This document shows positions 38,350 through 52,300 of a stretch of DNA of 64,000 bases, piece by piece. The first letter of the stretch is position 1, and every line of letters begins with the position of its first letter. The translations under genes and the position numbers were made by a program. The stretch spans positions 1,985,497 to 2,049,496 of the forward strand of contig NW_003314267.1 in assembly GCF_000143415.4 (NCBI RefSeq), read 5' to 3'. The notes beneath the pieces are model-generated. The model was not told where the DNA came from. It did no database searches and was given only the letters and a program-made list of their open reading frames with translations. This DNA is from Selaginella moellendorffii (Eukaryota; Plantae; Lycopodiophyta).

Positions 38350-41300
38350 TATAGTGCATATGTGTAAGCCACAAATTTTTCTTTTCCAATTTGCCAGCTT
38401 ACCTCGTTTATCCGACCAACACTACCTTGGCTTGTGCTAAGTTCCCTTGAGAAGTTCCCACCTATTGTACCAGCTCCTACTTGGTCCTCCTTGGTTTCAG
38501 CTACTCACTGCATGAGCAACGGAGTGTTAGCCTTCCGTCTACGGATTCCCAAATCCCTCCCAATCCCCCTCCCCAGGTTAGACTGGACTTAAGGTTCGGC
38601 TACACTCCCCGCAGGCACAAGCAGCCAAGCACACCAAGCCTCCAGGTTCCTAACACCCCTTGGTACAACAAGACTTGATCATGGGACCCTCTAAGTCCCA
38701 AGCCTTGGGTGCAACATTTGCTTCGGGACATCGGGGCGAAACACTGTGGCCTAGCGGCCTGGTATGGGTACCTCTACCCCCCCACTTCCATCCCGAAGGG
38801 AAGGCCCAAGCCCCTAGGAAGGGCGAGGACCAATGAGCCACAAGGTACTCAAGTGGGGCACCACTCCACATGAGCCGGGAGCACCACAATTGGTTTCCTT
38901 ATTGGGAGTGGCAGCTGCTCTTGAGCACTTCCCTGGGTGGCCCCTCCAGCACCACCCAAGCCCATGCTCACTCCCACCCAAGGCCCTTCGGCCCCAGTCT
39001 CAACCTCAAGTCAGTTTGGAAGCACCACTGGAGAGTTCCTTCAAGACTGGTTCCTAGACCTCACTATCCCTACTATACTTTTGGAACCCCCTACAGCCCC
39101 CCCCCCCCCTGGGAGACGCATGCTTTGGGCTTTCACCCCTTGACCTGTATTAGTATTTATACTTAGTCTCAGATTCGATCTCGGACTCAATCTCGGACCC
39201 GACTTCGGACTCGGTCTCGGACTCGATCTCGGACCCGATCTCGGACTCGACTTCGGACTTGACCTCAGACTCGGTCTCAGACCCGATTTGGATCTCGGAC
39301 TCTGTCTCGAACTTGGTCTCGAACTCGGTCTCCGATTTGGCCTCGGACTCGATCCCGGACTCTATCTCGAACTCGGTCTCAGAGTCGGTCTTGGACTCGA
39401 TCTTCGACTCGGTCCCATCCGATGAACTCTTTGTCATTTCGGTCATGCTTTTGGGGATCCTTTAGCCTACGGCATCTCGGGGAGTCGGTTCCTTACAACT
39501 CCACCACCTATAAAAGAAGTTCAATGCCCACATCAAACGTCTCTTTTTATCTTACGACTTGTTGACTATGTCTCTGGGGGCATCCTCCCTGGCCAAGAGC
39601 CCATGACAACGGACTATAAGTGTCCCTATACCCCTCACCTCACCACACCCTAGTATGGGGTCAAGACTTGAACCCAGCCTTGCTTTACTAGGGGGTTGGG
39701 ACTTGAACCCAACCTCCGTAGAATACCTCTACGGATTCGACATCCCCGCGGGGAGTCGGGCGTAGTGCTCTATGCCTGGTCGACCTAGCTAACCCATGCT
39801 AATTAGCTTACCTTCGGCGTGCCTTCGGGTCCCAACATATGCCACTTGCTCAACTTTGCAAATTGATATTTTAATTGAACTTTGCATAAGTACATAGAGT
39901 TCTGCCTTGCAAAAATTCCTCCACTAGATCTCGCGCGTTCACTAGGTTCTCCTCCAGTTCCCATGTTGCTTCGCAGTATGGAAATCCTTTCCACTTCACA
40001 TGGAACTCTCTCACCTCGCGTCCTTGTCGCTTGCTCTTGTGCGCATTGAGGATGGCCTTGACTTCGTATTCCTCTTCCCCTTGGATAACCTCAGGTAAAG
40101 GTCTCACTTGGTCTTTGCGAAGTGGATCCTCAAAGTACAGCTTGAGTAAATTCATGTGGAACACGAGGTGCATCTTCCCCATCTCTCGAGGAAGACGGAG
40201 ACGGTAAGCCACTTTAACAATTCGTGCCTCAATCTCGTAAGGCCCCGCGAACCTGCTTAAGGAACTCAAGATCAGTTCATTTCTAGGAATACATGCATTT
40301 TACCTTTGGGTCAGCTTCCGACTGATCCCACTTAGTAGCCTCAGGTTCTTAGTCTTCAGCCACACCTTCTCCCCAGCTTGGAACTCTACATCCCGACGCT
40401 TCTGGTTCGCGTATTTGGTTTGCCTTTGTTGAGCCCGTTCCAAGGAATCCCTCACTAGATTCCAAATGCTGAGTCTTTCCGCCATGAATGCCTCCACTAC
40501 AGGTAACTCTCCATGGTACTCGGCCATGCCGAGCTCCATAGGACCTTCAATAGCTCGCCCATTGATGACTTCCCATGGACTCACCCCGATACTCGAATGT
40601 GGTGAGTTGTTATAACACATTTCCGCAAGTCCCAAATGACTTACCCAATCGGTCTGGTCTCCTGAGACATAGCATCGCAAATAATCCTTCAGCTGCCTAT
40701 TCACCCTTTCCGTTTGTCCGTCTGTCAAGAAGTGTTAGTGCCATCAAACTTGACTTAATACCCAATATCTGTCTGTGGGTGATAGGCTGTGCTGAATTTC
40801 AACTTGGTGCGATACTGTTCTAGGAGAGTCCTCCAGAACCTACTAGTGAAGATCTTATCCCAATCTGAGATGATCTCTTCTAGCTTTCCCCACACTCGAA
40901 CCACTTGTTCGAATAATAGCTTCGCCACACCTTCCGCATTCACTTCCGTTGTGGTGGGTATGAAATGTGCCATTTTCAAAAATCGATTCACCACCACGAA
41001 TATCGCATCAAACCCCTTGCATGGGGGCAGTCCCATGATGAAGTCCATCGTAAGACATTTCCACGGATGATCTGGAATTGGGATGCTTTGCAACAAGCCC
41101 CCACTAGCCTTAGTCACGGCTTTGACTTGCTGACATGTTGGACATGTCTTTACATAGTTTTGGACGTCCTTAGCCATATCTAGCCAATGGTACTTCCTCT
41201 TGAGTAAGCCCATCGTCTTGGGCACTCCGCCGTGTCCCACAAGAGGTCCGTCATGACACTCTTCTAAGGCTACCTTCCTTAGTTCCCTTTCAGGAACATA

Positions 41301-44300
41301 CACCCTCGTTCGCTTGTAATAGATGAGTCCGTTGTGTTCTGCATAGCCCATTTTCTCTTCCATTGGTAGCTCACCTCTCTAGTGAGCTTCCCGTGCCTCT
41401 AGATTCCTTAGCAACACTTCTTGTGCTAGACCATCGTTCTCATATATTGTCCGCACATCGTCCCAAAAGGTTGCTGTCACATTGGATATCGCCAACTTCA
41501 AGCTCGCTTTTCGACTCAACGCATCTGCCACAATGTTGCTCTTCCCAGGCTTGTACAGAATCTCACAATCAAACTCAGCCAAGGCATTGGCCCACCGACC
41601 CTGTTTCCCTCTTAGGTTGGGCTGTGACAAGAAGTGTTTCGTTGCCACATTGTCCGTGTAAACCTTGAAGTGTCTCCCAAGGTAGTGTCGCCACTCCTTG
41701 AGCGCCTTGACCACCGCAAACAGTTCCTTCTCGTGAGCAGGCCACTTCCTTTGAGCCTTGTCCAACTTCTTCGAGAAGAACGCTACTGTATGGTGGTCTT
41801 GCTTCAAAACTGCGCCCAACACAAAGTCCGAAACATCCGTTTCTTCCTCAAAGTCCTTACCAAAGTCTGGTAATGCCAACACAAGAGCCTTCCTCAACTT
41901 CCCTTTGAGGTGGACGAATGCCGCCTCACATTCCACTGTCCATACCATCTTCCCTTTTCTTATTTGGTCCGTTAAGGGCAGGGCTACTCTCGAATAGTGT
42001 CTGATAAACTTTCGGTAGTAGTTGCATAGCCCCAAGAATGCCCTCAACTTATGTACATTCGATGGTCGCTCTCATTCCTGGATCGCTTGGACCTTCTCCG
42101 GGTCCACCTTGAGCCCCTCTTGGCCCACCACATGCCCGAGAAACTTTACCTCTTGTTGAGCAAAGTCACATTTGCTCTCTTTAGCATACAGTTTGTGTTC
42201 CCTTAGTTTCTCAAACACCTTCGCCAAGTGTTCGGCATGCTCCTCTAGCATCTCGCTATAGATCAGGATGTCGTAGATATAGACGACCACAAAGTGATCC
42301 AGATAGAATACAAAGATATGGTTCATCAACGCTGAAAACATTGCCGGCGCATTGCACAGCCCAAAGGGCATCACCAGAAACTCAAAGCTCCCATACCTGG
42401 TTCGACAGATTGTCTTCTCGACATCTTCCTATGCTACCCTAATCTGGTAGTATCCTGACCTGAGGTCAATCCTCAAGAAGTATTTTGCCTTTCCCAACCT
42501 ATTGAACAGGTCCTCAATTCCTGGCAAAGGGTACTTGTTCTTCTTTGTATACTTGTTGAGCAACCGGTAGTCTATGCATATGTGCATAGATCCATCTTTC
42601 TTTTTCACAAATAACACTGGCACCCCATACGGCGACTTGCTCAACCTGATATACCCTTTGTCCACCAACTCCTCTAGTTGGCACTTGAGCTCCTTGAGTT
42701 CTTTTTCTTTCAAACGATAGGGGGGACAAACCACCACCTCAGCACCCTTGACCAGCTCAATCTTATGTTCTGTCAGTCATGCGGGGGGCAGCCCCGCTGA
42801 TAGCTCCTCCGGCATGGTATCCTGGAATTGGTCCAACACCCGTTGGATCACTAAAGGTACTTCTTTTGTTCTTGTCTTTTTGTCACTCTTCACTGAGAGT
42901 AAGCACAAAAATACTACCTTAGTTCCTTTTGTGAGTTGTTTTCTCGTGGATACCAGGTTTAAGCAAGAATCTTTGGCCTTGCTTTGCCCTACCTTTAGAT
43001 CCTGGGCCTCCACCCTAGAACTTCTTCCTTGGGCATTTGCCAGTACCACAAGGTTTCTACCTTATCCATGTACGGCTACCACGAACCGATTGAACCAATC
43101 CATTCCGAAGATCACGTTAAATCCCGCCATGTCTAACATGGTGAATTCCATGTCCACCTTCCAAGTCCCTACTTCGACTCTCGCTTATCGAAGTACCTCA
43201 TCGGTGCTTTGGCTACCTTGAACAAACTCTATAGTCCTTGGTTCGCCTAGCTGCTGCACCGTTAGTCCGGCTTGCCGGACTATGTCTGCAACCACAAAAT
43301 TATCTGAAGCACCTGTGTCAATAAGGATCTTAACAAAGCTACCTCTGAGCTTCCCTCGGAGGGCTAGTAGATGTCGCGAACGACTCTCTACCAAAGTTGT
43401 TCGTGTAATGAGTAACTTTGAGTTAAGGACTGGATCACATACCTTAGTTTGGACTTCACCCGACTTGATGGCCATATTGGCTCTAGCCTTCTTCGGGTAG
43501 GGACATTCCCTCGAAAGGTGTCCCGCTTCACCGCAGTTGTAATATATTTTGTTTCCCATGTTGCTAAACGACTTGACCTTTTTATCCATGGGTTTGTCTC
43601 TTTTCGCTTGACTCCCCCATGTACTCGCTTGCTGGCCACCGGATTTGCCTTTCCGGAACCCCGAGGACTTATTCTTAGAGAAACTCTTCTTGAATTTCCC
43701 TCGGCTATACGTTCCCCTTGGTTTGGCCCCTTTGCTAAATGTGGATCCCAACCCCGTCGTGTTTCCCTTTCGTAGGTTATCGTTGAAATGCACCTTGATG
43801 GCCGCATCCAACGCTTCCTTGTAGTTGGTCGGGTTCCACCGCATCACCTCACCGCGAGCCCAGGTTTGCAAACCTGATATGAAGGCATGGAACACGTCCA
43901 TATCCCCCATGTCCGTGAAAGTATCCTCTTTGCCATAAACCCATTCACATACTCCTGAATGGTTCCGGTCTGCTTCAGCCTGCTCAGCTCGTCTCTTAGA
44001 TGCAGAGTAGCATTTGGAGGAACGTAAGTCACGCAGATCCTCGCCTTCATCATTTCCCAAGTGGCCACCGGTCCTTCGTTGGCCTCTGTCATTCTCCACC
44101 AAGACTTGGCATTATCTGCCAAGTATGGTTTTCCACATGGGACCTTCTCTGAGCTTGGTAACCGCAACGCTCGGAAGTAGTCCTCCATATCATAAAACCA
44201 ATCCTCCACCACCTTATAGTCATTCACTCCCTTGAAGACCAATGGGGGCTTTGGTTTGTACTTGGGAACTACCTGAAGGACTGATTCCACTTCGGTCTGT

Positions 44301-46377
44301 TCAACCTTGTTTGGTTCTGCCTCAGTCCCTACTGAAGGGTCCGCACCTTCTACACTACTAACATCCGCAGTCTTTCGCTTTTTCTTCTGCTTCTCATCAC
44401 GCTTTAGCTTGCGTATGAGAGTCTCTAGTAGGGCATTGGTCTGTGCCAATTGTCCTTCTAGAATGTCCAATCGAGCCTTGGACAACCGAACCTCGCCACC
44501 GGACTCCTGTTTAGAAGTTTCCTCACTGGAGTCCTCCTCATGCAAGGATTCCTCATCCATAGCCTCTTGTTCGACCGGAGGCTCCAGCTCTGGCGGAGGT
44601 TCTGTCTCTGCCTGGGTTCGCTTACGCCCTACCTTTGTCATCTCCCAGCAATCCGCCTCTATCCTTCGCTAGAACTGAGGAAAAGGCTCCGATACCAAAT
44701 TGTAAGCCACAAATTTTTCCTTTCCAATTTGCCAGTTTACCTCGTCTATCCAACCAACATTGCCTTGGCTTGTGCTAAGTTCCCTCGCCAAGTTCCCGCG
44801 TATTGTACCAGCTTCTACTTGGTCCTCCTTGGTTTTAGCTACTCACTACACGAGCAACGGAGCATTAGCTTTCCATCTACGGATTCCCAAATCCCTCCCA
44901 ATCCCCCTCCCCATGTTAGACGGGACTAAAGGTTCGGCTACACTCCCCGTAGGCACAAGCAACCAAGCACACCAAGCCTCCAAGTTCCTAACACCCCTTG
45001 GTACAACAAGACTTGATCATGGGACCCTTTGAGTCCCAAGCCTTGGGTGCAACACTTGCTTCGGGACATCGGGGCGAAACACCGTGGCCTAGCGGCCCGG
45101 TATGGGTACCTCTACCCCCCCACTTCCATCCCAAAGGGAAGGCCCAAGCCCCTAGGAAGGGCGAGGACCAATGAGCCACAAGGTACTCAAGTGGGGCACC
45201 ACTCCACATGAGCCAAGAGCACCGTAGTCGGTTTCCCTATCGGGAGTGGGAGCTGCTCTTGAGCACTTCCCTCCGACACCACCCAAGCCCATACTCCTTC
45301 CCACCCAAGGCCCCTTGGCCCCAGTCTCAACCTCAAGTCAGTTTGGAAGCACCACTGGAGAGTTCCTTCAAGACTGGTTCCTGAACCTCACTATCCCTAC
45401 TATACTTTTGGAACCCCCTTCAGCCCTGCCCCCCTGGGAGACGCACGCTTTGGGCTTTCACCCCTTGACCCGTATTAGTATTTGGACTTACTCTCAGATT
45501 CGATCTCGGACTCGATCTCGGACCCAACTTCGAACTCGGTCTCGGACCTGATCTCGAACTTGACTTCGGACTCGACCTCGGACTTGGTCTCGGACCCGAT
45601 TTGGATCTCGGACTCTGTCTCGAACTCAGTCTCGAACTCGGTCTCAAACTCGGTCTCTGATTCGGCCTCGGACTCGATCTTGGACTCTATCTCGAACTTG
45701 GTTTCAGAGTCGGTCTTGGACTCGATCTTTGACTCGGTCCCATCCGATGAACTCTTTGTCATTTCGGTCATGCTTTTGGGGATACTTTAGCCTACGGCAT
45801 CTCGGGGAGTCGGTTCCTTACAATATGATCATAGGATGAGATTTGGATATACTGTCACGGTGGGTCCTTGGAACCTTGGGGGATAAATGGGGATAAAATA
45901 GTCACTAAGGGTTCTCTCATCAAATAATTACCCCTTTTTCAATTAGGTTTGGTATCAGAATAAATGGCATGGGTTTGATTCCCATTGATTAGTGGCTACT
46001 TAAAAATATAATATACCCTTGAGCAAGGTATATTCTTACCCCTGAATTTGAAATTGTACATATTGGGCATCCATGAGTACGTCCTTCCTCTTGGTAAAGT
46101 ATCCATAGACGAAGGTATCCACCGTAGGACTGCAATACAAGTGGATGACTAGTTGCCTCCTATGGAATAGCTAGTTTACACAATGAAAGGATTAGTAGAT
46201 TTAGTGCCAAAATGGAGGTATTAGTTTCCTTTGGCTCAGTAGAGGTTAGTTAATGAGGACATTGACATATTTGGCTCAGTAAGAGTTATTAGTCAATAGT
46301 CAATAAGGACATTGACATTTCTAAAGGGGGGGTGAGTGTAGCATATATGATCATGGGATGAGATTTAGATATACTCA
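38350..46377 (+). mobile_element. Element D: short non-coding TRIM-like element (~570 bp without C), interrupted by element C
   Basis: Direct repeat ATATGATCAT(A/G)GGATGAGATTT(G/A)GATATACT at 38350-38362+45828-45853 and 46337-46375; PBS TGGTATCAGA 45950-45959; PPT AAAGGGGGGGTGAG 46323-46336; 3' repeat appears truncated. Confidence 0.7.
38363..45822 (-). mobile_element. Element C: full-length decayed Ty3/gypsy chromovirus
   Basis: LTRs 38363-39497 and 44701-45822; perfect TSD ATATG; PBS TGGTATCGGAGCC (44685-44697); gag from ATG 44641, zinc knuckle YNCGEAGHLSREC, protease LIDTGAS, RT, RNase H, integrase HHCC, GPY, chromodomain YEVKAILN..FHVKWKGFPYCEATWE. Confidence 0.95.
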
Positions 46378-49305
46378 AGTCCATCTTAGATCAATATTGA
46401 ACTTTATTTTGGACTCCATCTTAGGTCCATTTTAGGTCTATATTGGACTCCATTTTGGACTCATTCCTAACATTTCTATGTGTCACAACACTTGTCATGT
46501 GTCAATCCTTCTTCTGTCCCCTTTTAGAGACTCATTCACAAATTGTTTCATATTCATTCTTTAAGCAGTTTGTTCGAAGTTCCATTCTTACTCTTGACTT
46601 TCCAAGTAGGAGCTTTTAGTCTAAATATATTACATTTATTGGACTTTTGCTTTGACCACTACCATATGGCATCCTTTTTACTCCACTTTGGGGCTTAGGG
46701 ATTTGTGTTTCACACCCATAAATAAAAGTGCACCCCTTTTAGTTGAAAGTCTTTGGATAATTATACATAGGTTTGAATAATACTGAGCAACCCAATATTG
46801 AAAGAGTGGAAGTTACAAAGACAAGTTTTATGAGTCCATATTAAAAATGGTTTTAAAGGCTAATTGAAAGAATTACATAGATACAAGGTTTCACATTTGT
46901 TATAGTTATATTTTGGATTTTAATCCCTTATTTCAGTTTAAAGTTATTGTTTTCAGAGGTTATAATTGGTTCATCAGAATTCCATATATAGATGATACTT
47001 ATGGTATAGCTTTTGTTTATATTGTTATTATAGTTGACGGCAACTATATTGTAAGTTGGTGGTGTTATGGAAGTTTTACTATAGTGTGCAATAGCTTAGT
47101 AAAAGTTTCAAATGTTCTATCAAATTTACTTTAATTAGGCCTTTTCATCTTATTGAAGAAGTCTAGAGAGAGAGAGAGAGAGATAAATATGCCAATTAGT
47201 AGTGTAATATATGGATTATATAAGGTCTATTTTTCTTATATATGAGTATAGCCATACCTTTGGCCCCTCAGTAAGCACTATATAAAACTTATCTAAACTT
47301 CCTTCACTCATGAATTTTTTATCAACATCTTTACCACCTAACCCTTCATCATTTGATAAAGCTTTGAGCTCCTTAACTTGTGTCACAACCTAAAAAACAA
47401 AAAAGATATATGCATCAAATAATGCCTTCTTGGTGCTTTCCATGCCCTTTTAGAAGCCTCCCCCAAGCATCCTCATCATTGATGGCAACACTTATTCCTA
47501 ACTACTCCCTACCTCCTATTATACTTGATTTCTACATAGATACTTTGAGAAGCATCTTTATCTCTAACATTTGCCTATCAAACTCCTAGATTTCCTTCAC
47601 TAACAGCTTAGTCCAATGCTTTGTAATGAACATCTTCTCAATCTGGGCATCACTTACCTACTTAGCCTTTTGAGATTCCCTTGCTTGAACTGTTGAGGCT
47701 TCAAGTTACTACTCCAACTCACTAATATATGCATGTAAGCAAGCTTCATCACAAGCCTCTACCTGGTCAAGACAATTTTTCAGCCACCCATTCTCTATGA
47801 GTAACTTGGAGTTAACATCTTCTTAGTGCCTCATCTTTTCATGAGATGCTTCTGCTAGCATCCAAGTCCTATATATCCATGTCAAAGGCCAGTGTTCATC
47901 CATTCCCCATACCTGCAATCTATACTCCTCTTGGATTTGTTAAATTCTAGTTTTCACTAGCTTCTAAATAATTGCCTCATGTGTTAAAATACTAGAATGT
48001 CCTATATTCCCTCACAATTGGGAAAACCATTCATCGCCACTCAACAATCTCCCCTTATACTACTATGAGATATCTTAGTGCATTCCCAGTGGTAAAACTG
48101 GATAGACAAGGGAATCCTTATTACAAATCTTCCATGAGCATTCTTTTATAAAGATAGCCACTACCTTACATAACTTCTTCATCTCAAGGCTTTCATAGTT
48201 ATTGCATAGATCCACTATAAAAATCTCCTAACACTTTGCATGAATAAAAATCTCCCCAACCTTGACCTTTTGTCTATCCCCAAAGGTAAGTGGCATATCT
48301 GGGTGAGTAGGGTTGGTATGATCATCAACTTCATAATCTATAGCCTAGTTCCAAATTTGATCCCTATGTGGGATGTAAGAAAATTGTTGTGAGATCCTCA
48401 TAAAAAATCTTATATTTTGCTAATAACTTTTATAAAATCATGATCTTTCATATATGAGGATCTATTACCTAGGGTATTGCAAAATCAACAAGATCACCAC
48501 GTGAGCCTCCATTCAAAAACCATTAAAGCTAAAGAACGTCAATTCCATTATATTCGTGAATAAGCCTCTATAGATGTAATAGCTTGTTCATTTCTCCATG
48601 TTAAACTCTCCTCTAGCTGCATGTGATAATTTTTCCCTCACCTTCTTGGGTGTAGGTTTGCCCTCTACTTCAAGATCTTGGATCAGAATTTCCTTTCAAA
48701 CTTTCTTTACCGATTTCAAGGTCATTTAATAGTGACTCCTCCTCTTTGGTTCTCAATGCTTTTTGTTACTATAAGATTTTGGCACATAGATCTCTTCACT
48801 AACACTTAATGCCAAAAAGGTCATCTTCAGATTCTTCTAAGACTGAACACCCTTTTCCTTTCCCCACAAGAACTTAGAATCCATCAAGAATATTCCCATG
48901 CATACACTATAGGTATTTATGCCAACTAGCTTGATTATTTAAGTCTGATGGGCAATAACTTTCACAATTAATTTTGTGCCATATATCAAGGGTTGCCATG
49001 TGTTTTTCAACTTTTTTTTTCTCACTTTTCTTATCTTTTTTTTTCTTCACTCTCTTTCTTTATCATTTTTCTTATTTCTGTCATTTTTTTCCTGCTTCCT
49101 ATGGTCCTAATACAACCTAAATGTCTCCATAATATCTTCCTTAAGGAAGACATATGAGTAATATCTAGCAATTTGATGCTATTCTTTATCTTTAAGGATC
49201 AAGTTTTGGTTATGTCCCTCTTTTCAGCCCATAACTTTGTATGGTCCCTTTATCATTGCCTCAAAATACACCCAAAAGCATTTTTTCTTCTTCTGCATTG
49301 ATATT

Positions 49306-52300
49306 GGAGAGATAGATTATCTAATTTAGAGTGCAGATTGCTACTACTACAACCACTAATCAGCAGCTCCAGCCTTGATCCAGCTGCAATCTTCTATTTT
49401 TGTGAATCTTCATTTAATCACCCTAGCTCTTGTGCCTTTGTTGAGACTGTAAGCTTTGCTCAAAACTTTGGCCAGGCCAGGGCTCCCAACAGCATAGTTC
49501 AGGGTGGTCATGCCACTTTGCACCAAGCTCTGGTGGATTGCTCCAGAGATTTGACCCGAGTGCAAGTGTTGAAAACGATCCCGAGAGTGAGATATTGAGA
49601 ATGATTCTGAGAGTGAGATCGAACGTTGGCCTCGCAGCGCTAGTACCTAGAGAAAACTAAGATTGTGAAGCAAGCAAGCTTCTACCATGCTCACCACACA
49701 ATCTCTGAGATGGCGGAACACACTGTGAGCATCTTGATGATGGTCACCTCCCTTGGCCTCAACCTTGAACAAAAAAAGTGTAGCCCCCTAATGCCATTTG
49801 GACTTTGGAACAATAGTTTAGAACACCGTGGCCCTACGCAAGCATCATGGGTACTCTCCCCACCTTCCGCCTTTGGGTGCTCTAGCCATGGGGCTCAAGT
49901 GAGGTTTTGTTGAGCCATGCCAGGTATCTAAATAGGTAGTGTCACCTATGCTTGGACTGGGTGTATTGACAATTTGATCTCTCGAGGGAACTACAGTTGG
50001 TTTTTGAACACTTTATCAAGCTACCCCACTTGTCAATTTGTATTCACTCTAGCTTTGGACTCCTTAGTGGATATATCATCACCCAACACGTGGGCATAGC
50101 CTTACTAGGTCACATTACCCTTTTTTGGCCAAACTGGCCCCATTGGGGTCCAACCCTTACACTCTCCCTATTATACTTTTAGAACCCCCTGCACCCTAAA
50201 TCCTAAATCGCTGCCTCCTTCGCCCCAGCTGTGCCACTGTCGACGGTGTTGCCATTGGTTCTGGCGGAGGTTCGCCGGCTTGTTAAGGAGGCCATGGGTG
50301 AGAAGATGTGTCCAATGGTTAAGGAGCCGTCCATGGCTGAGGAGAGCATGCTAGGTGAGGAGACACGATTGCCACTACTGCCACAACCACCATGACCGTC
50401 ACCACTATCGTCACCACGACTATCACGACCATTGGCTTACTGCCATCATCCTCACCACCACCACCAGTGTAGGGGATGGGGACTTATGCTCACCACACAA
50501 TCCCTGAGATGGCAAAACACACTGTGAGCACTTTGATGATGGTCACCTCCCTTGGCCTCAACCTTGAACAAAAGAAGTGTGGCCCCCTAATGCCATTTGG
50601 ACTTTGGAACAACATTTCGGAACACTGTGGCCCTATGCAAGCCTCATGGGTACTCTCCCCACCTTCCGCCTTTGGGTGCTCTAGCCATGGGGCTCAAGTG
50701 AGGTTTTGTTGAGCCACACCAAGTATCTAAGTAGGCAGTGTCATCCATGCTTGGACTGGGAGTATTAACAATTTGATCTCCTAGGGGAATTATAGCTGGT
50801 TCTTGAACACTTCATCAAGCTACCCCACTTGTCAGTCTATATTTGCTCTAACTTTAGACTCCTTAATGGATATATCATCACCCAACACGTGGGCATAGCC
50901 TTCCTAGGTCACACGAACCTTTTTTGGCCAAACTGGCCCCATTGGGGTCCAACCCTTACACTCTCCCTATTATACTTTTAGAACCCCCTACACCCTAAAC
51001 CCTAAACCGCTGCCTCCTCCGTCCCCAGCCCTGCCGCTGTCGACGGTGCTACTGTTGCTACCGCTAGTCCTGCCGAAAGTTCACCGGCTTGTTAAGGAGG
51101 CCATGGGTGAGAAGATGTGTCTAATGGTTGAGGAGTTGTCCATGGCTAAGAAGAGCATGCGAGGTGAAGAGACACGATTGCCACCACTTCCACAATAACC
51201 ACGACCATTGCCACTGTCATCACCATGACCATCAACACTACTGCCACCGTCCTCACCACCACCACCACTGTAGGGGATGGGGACCATCACCAACATGATT
51301 AATGGATTGGTATTATCATTGTTGTTCCTGTTATGTCTAGCGCAGTAGGAACATCTATCATACTCCAAAAGATGAAAGTATGTAATTAGGTGTGTGTGTG
51401 TGAGAGAGAGAGAGATTATCTAACTTAGAGTGTAGATTGTTGCTACTACGACCACTAATCAGCAGCTCTAGCCTTGATCCAGCTGTAATCTTCTATTTTT
51501 ATGAATTTTCATCTAATCACCCTAGCTCTTGTGCCTTTGTTGAGACCATAAGCTCTCGTGGATGCTCAAAACTTTGGCCAGGTCGAAGCTCCCAACAGCA
51601 TAGTTCAGGGTGGTTATGCCACTTTGCACCAAGCTCTGGTGGATTGCTCTAGAGCTTCAACCTAAGCACAAGTGTTGAGAACGATCTCAAGAGTGCGATA
51701 TTGAGAATGATCCTGAGAGTGAGATAGAATGTTGGCCTCACAGCGCTGGTACCTAGAGCAAGTCGAGATTGTGATGGGAGCAAGCTTCCACCATACTCAC
51801 CACACAATCCTTGAGATGGCAAAACACACTGTGAGCACCTTGATGATGGTCACCTCCCTTGGCCTCAGCCTTGAACAAAAGAAGTGCAACCCCTTGATGC
51901 CATTTGGACTTTGGAACAACACTTTGGAACACCATGGCCCTACACGAGCCTCATGGGTACTCTCCCCACCTTCTACTTTTGGGTGCTCTAACCATGGGGC
52001 TCAAGTGAGGTTTTGTTGAGCCACATCAGGTATCTAAGTAGGTAGTGTCACCCATGCTTAGACTGGGAGTATTGACAATTTGATCTCCCGGGGGAATTAC
52101 AGTCGGTTTTTGAACACTTCATCAAGCTACCCCGCTTCTCAGTCTGTATTCGCTCTAACTTTGGACTGCTTAATGGATATATCATCACCGAACACGTGGG
52201 CATAACCTTCCTGGGTCACACTAACCTTTCTTGGCCAAACTGGCCCCACTGGGGTCCAACCCTTACACTCTTCCTATTATACTTTTAGAACCCCTTGCAC

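Larger units (their letters stand above)
23727..46714 (-). mobile_element. Old family-A solo LTR, now split by nested insertions (pieces 23727-23835, 37371-~38349, ~46376-46714)
   Basis: Starts TGTAAGTGAC, ends TTTCACA. Perfect 5-bp TSD CCCAT at 23722-23726 and 46715-46719. Pieces are colinear with LTR A. Confidence 0.85.

Noticed and set aside
39845-39893. Third intron-like insert just after the element C chromodomain (GTACTT...AAG)
   Set aside because: Weak AAG acceptor, no conserved motif to test restoration, and explainable by an AACTTTGCA duplication.
23100-45790. Many ES/DS/RT-repeat ORFs (e.g. 24689-24982, 36630-37433, 39150-39446, 45475-45771)
   Set aside because: They are translations of the GACTCG minisatellites inside LTRs, open in several frames on both strands.
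47400-49300. Degenerate minus-strand coding-like region with a KGPYKV motif
   Set aside because: Riddled with stops and no family can be assigned by eye; probably old TE sequence.
50990-51008. CCCTAAA repeats as an interstitial telomere
   Set aside because: Only about 2 units; these are telo-box-type motifs, also seen at most gene starts here.
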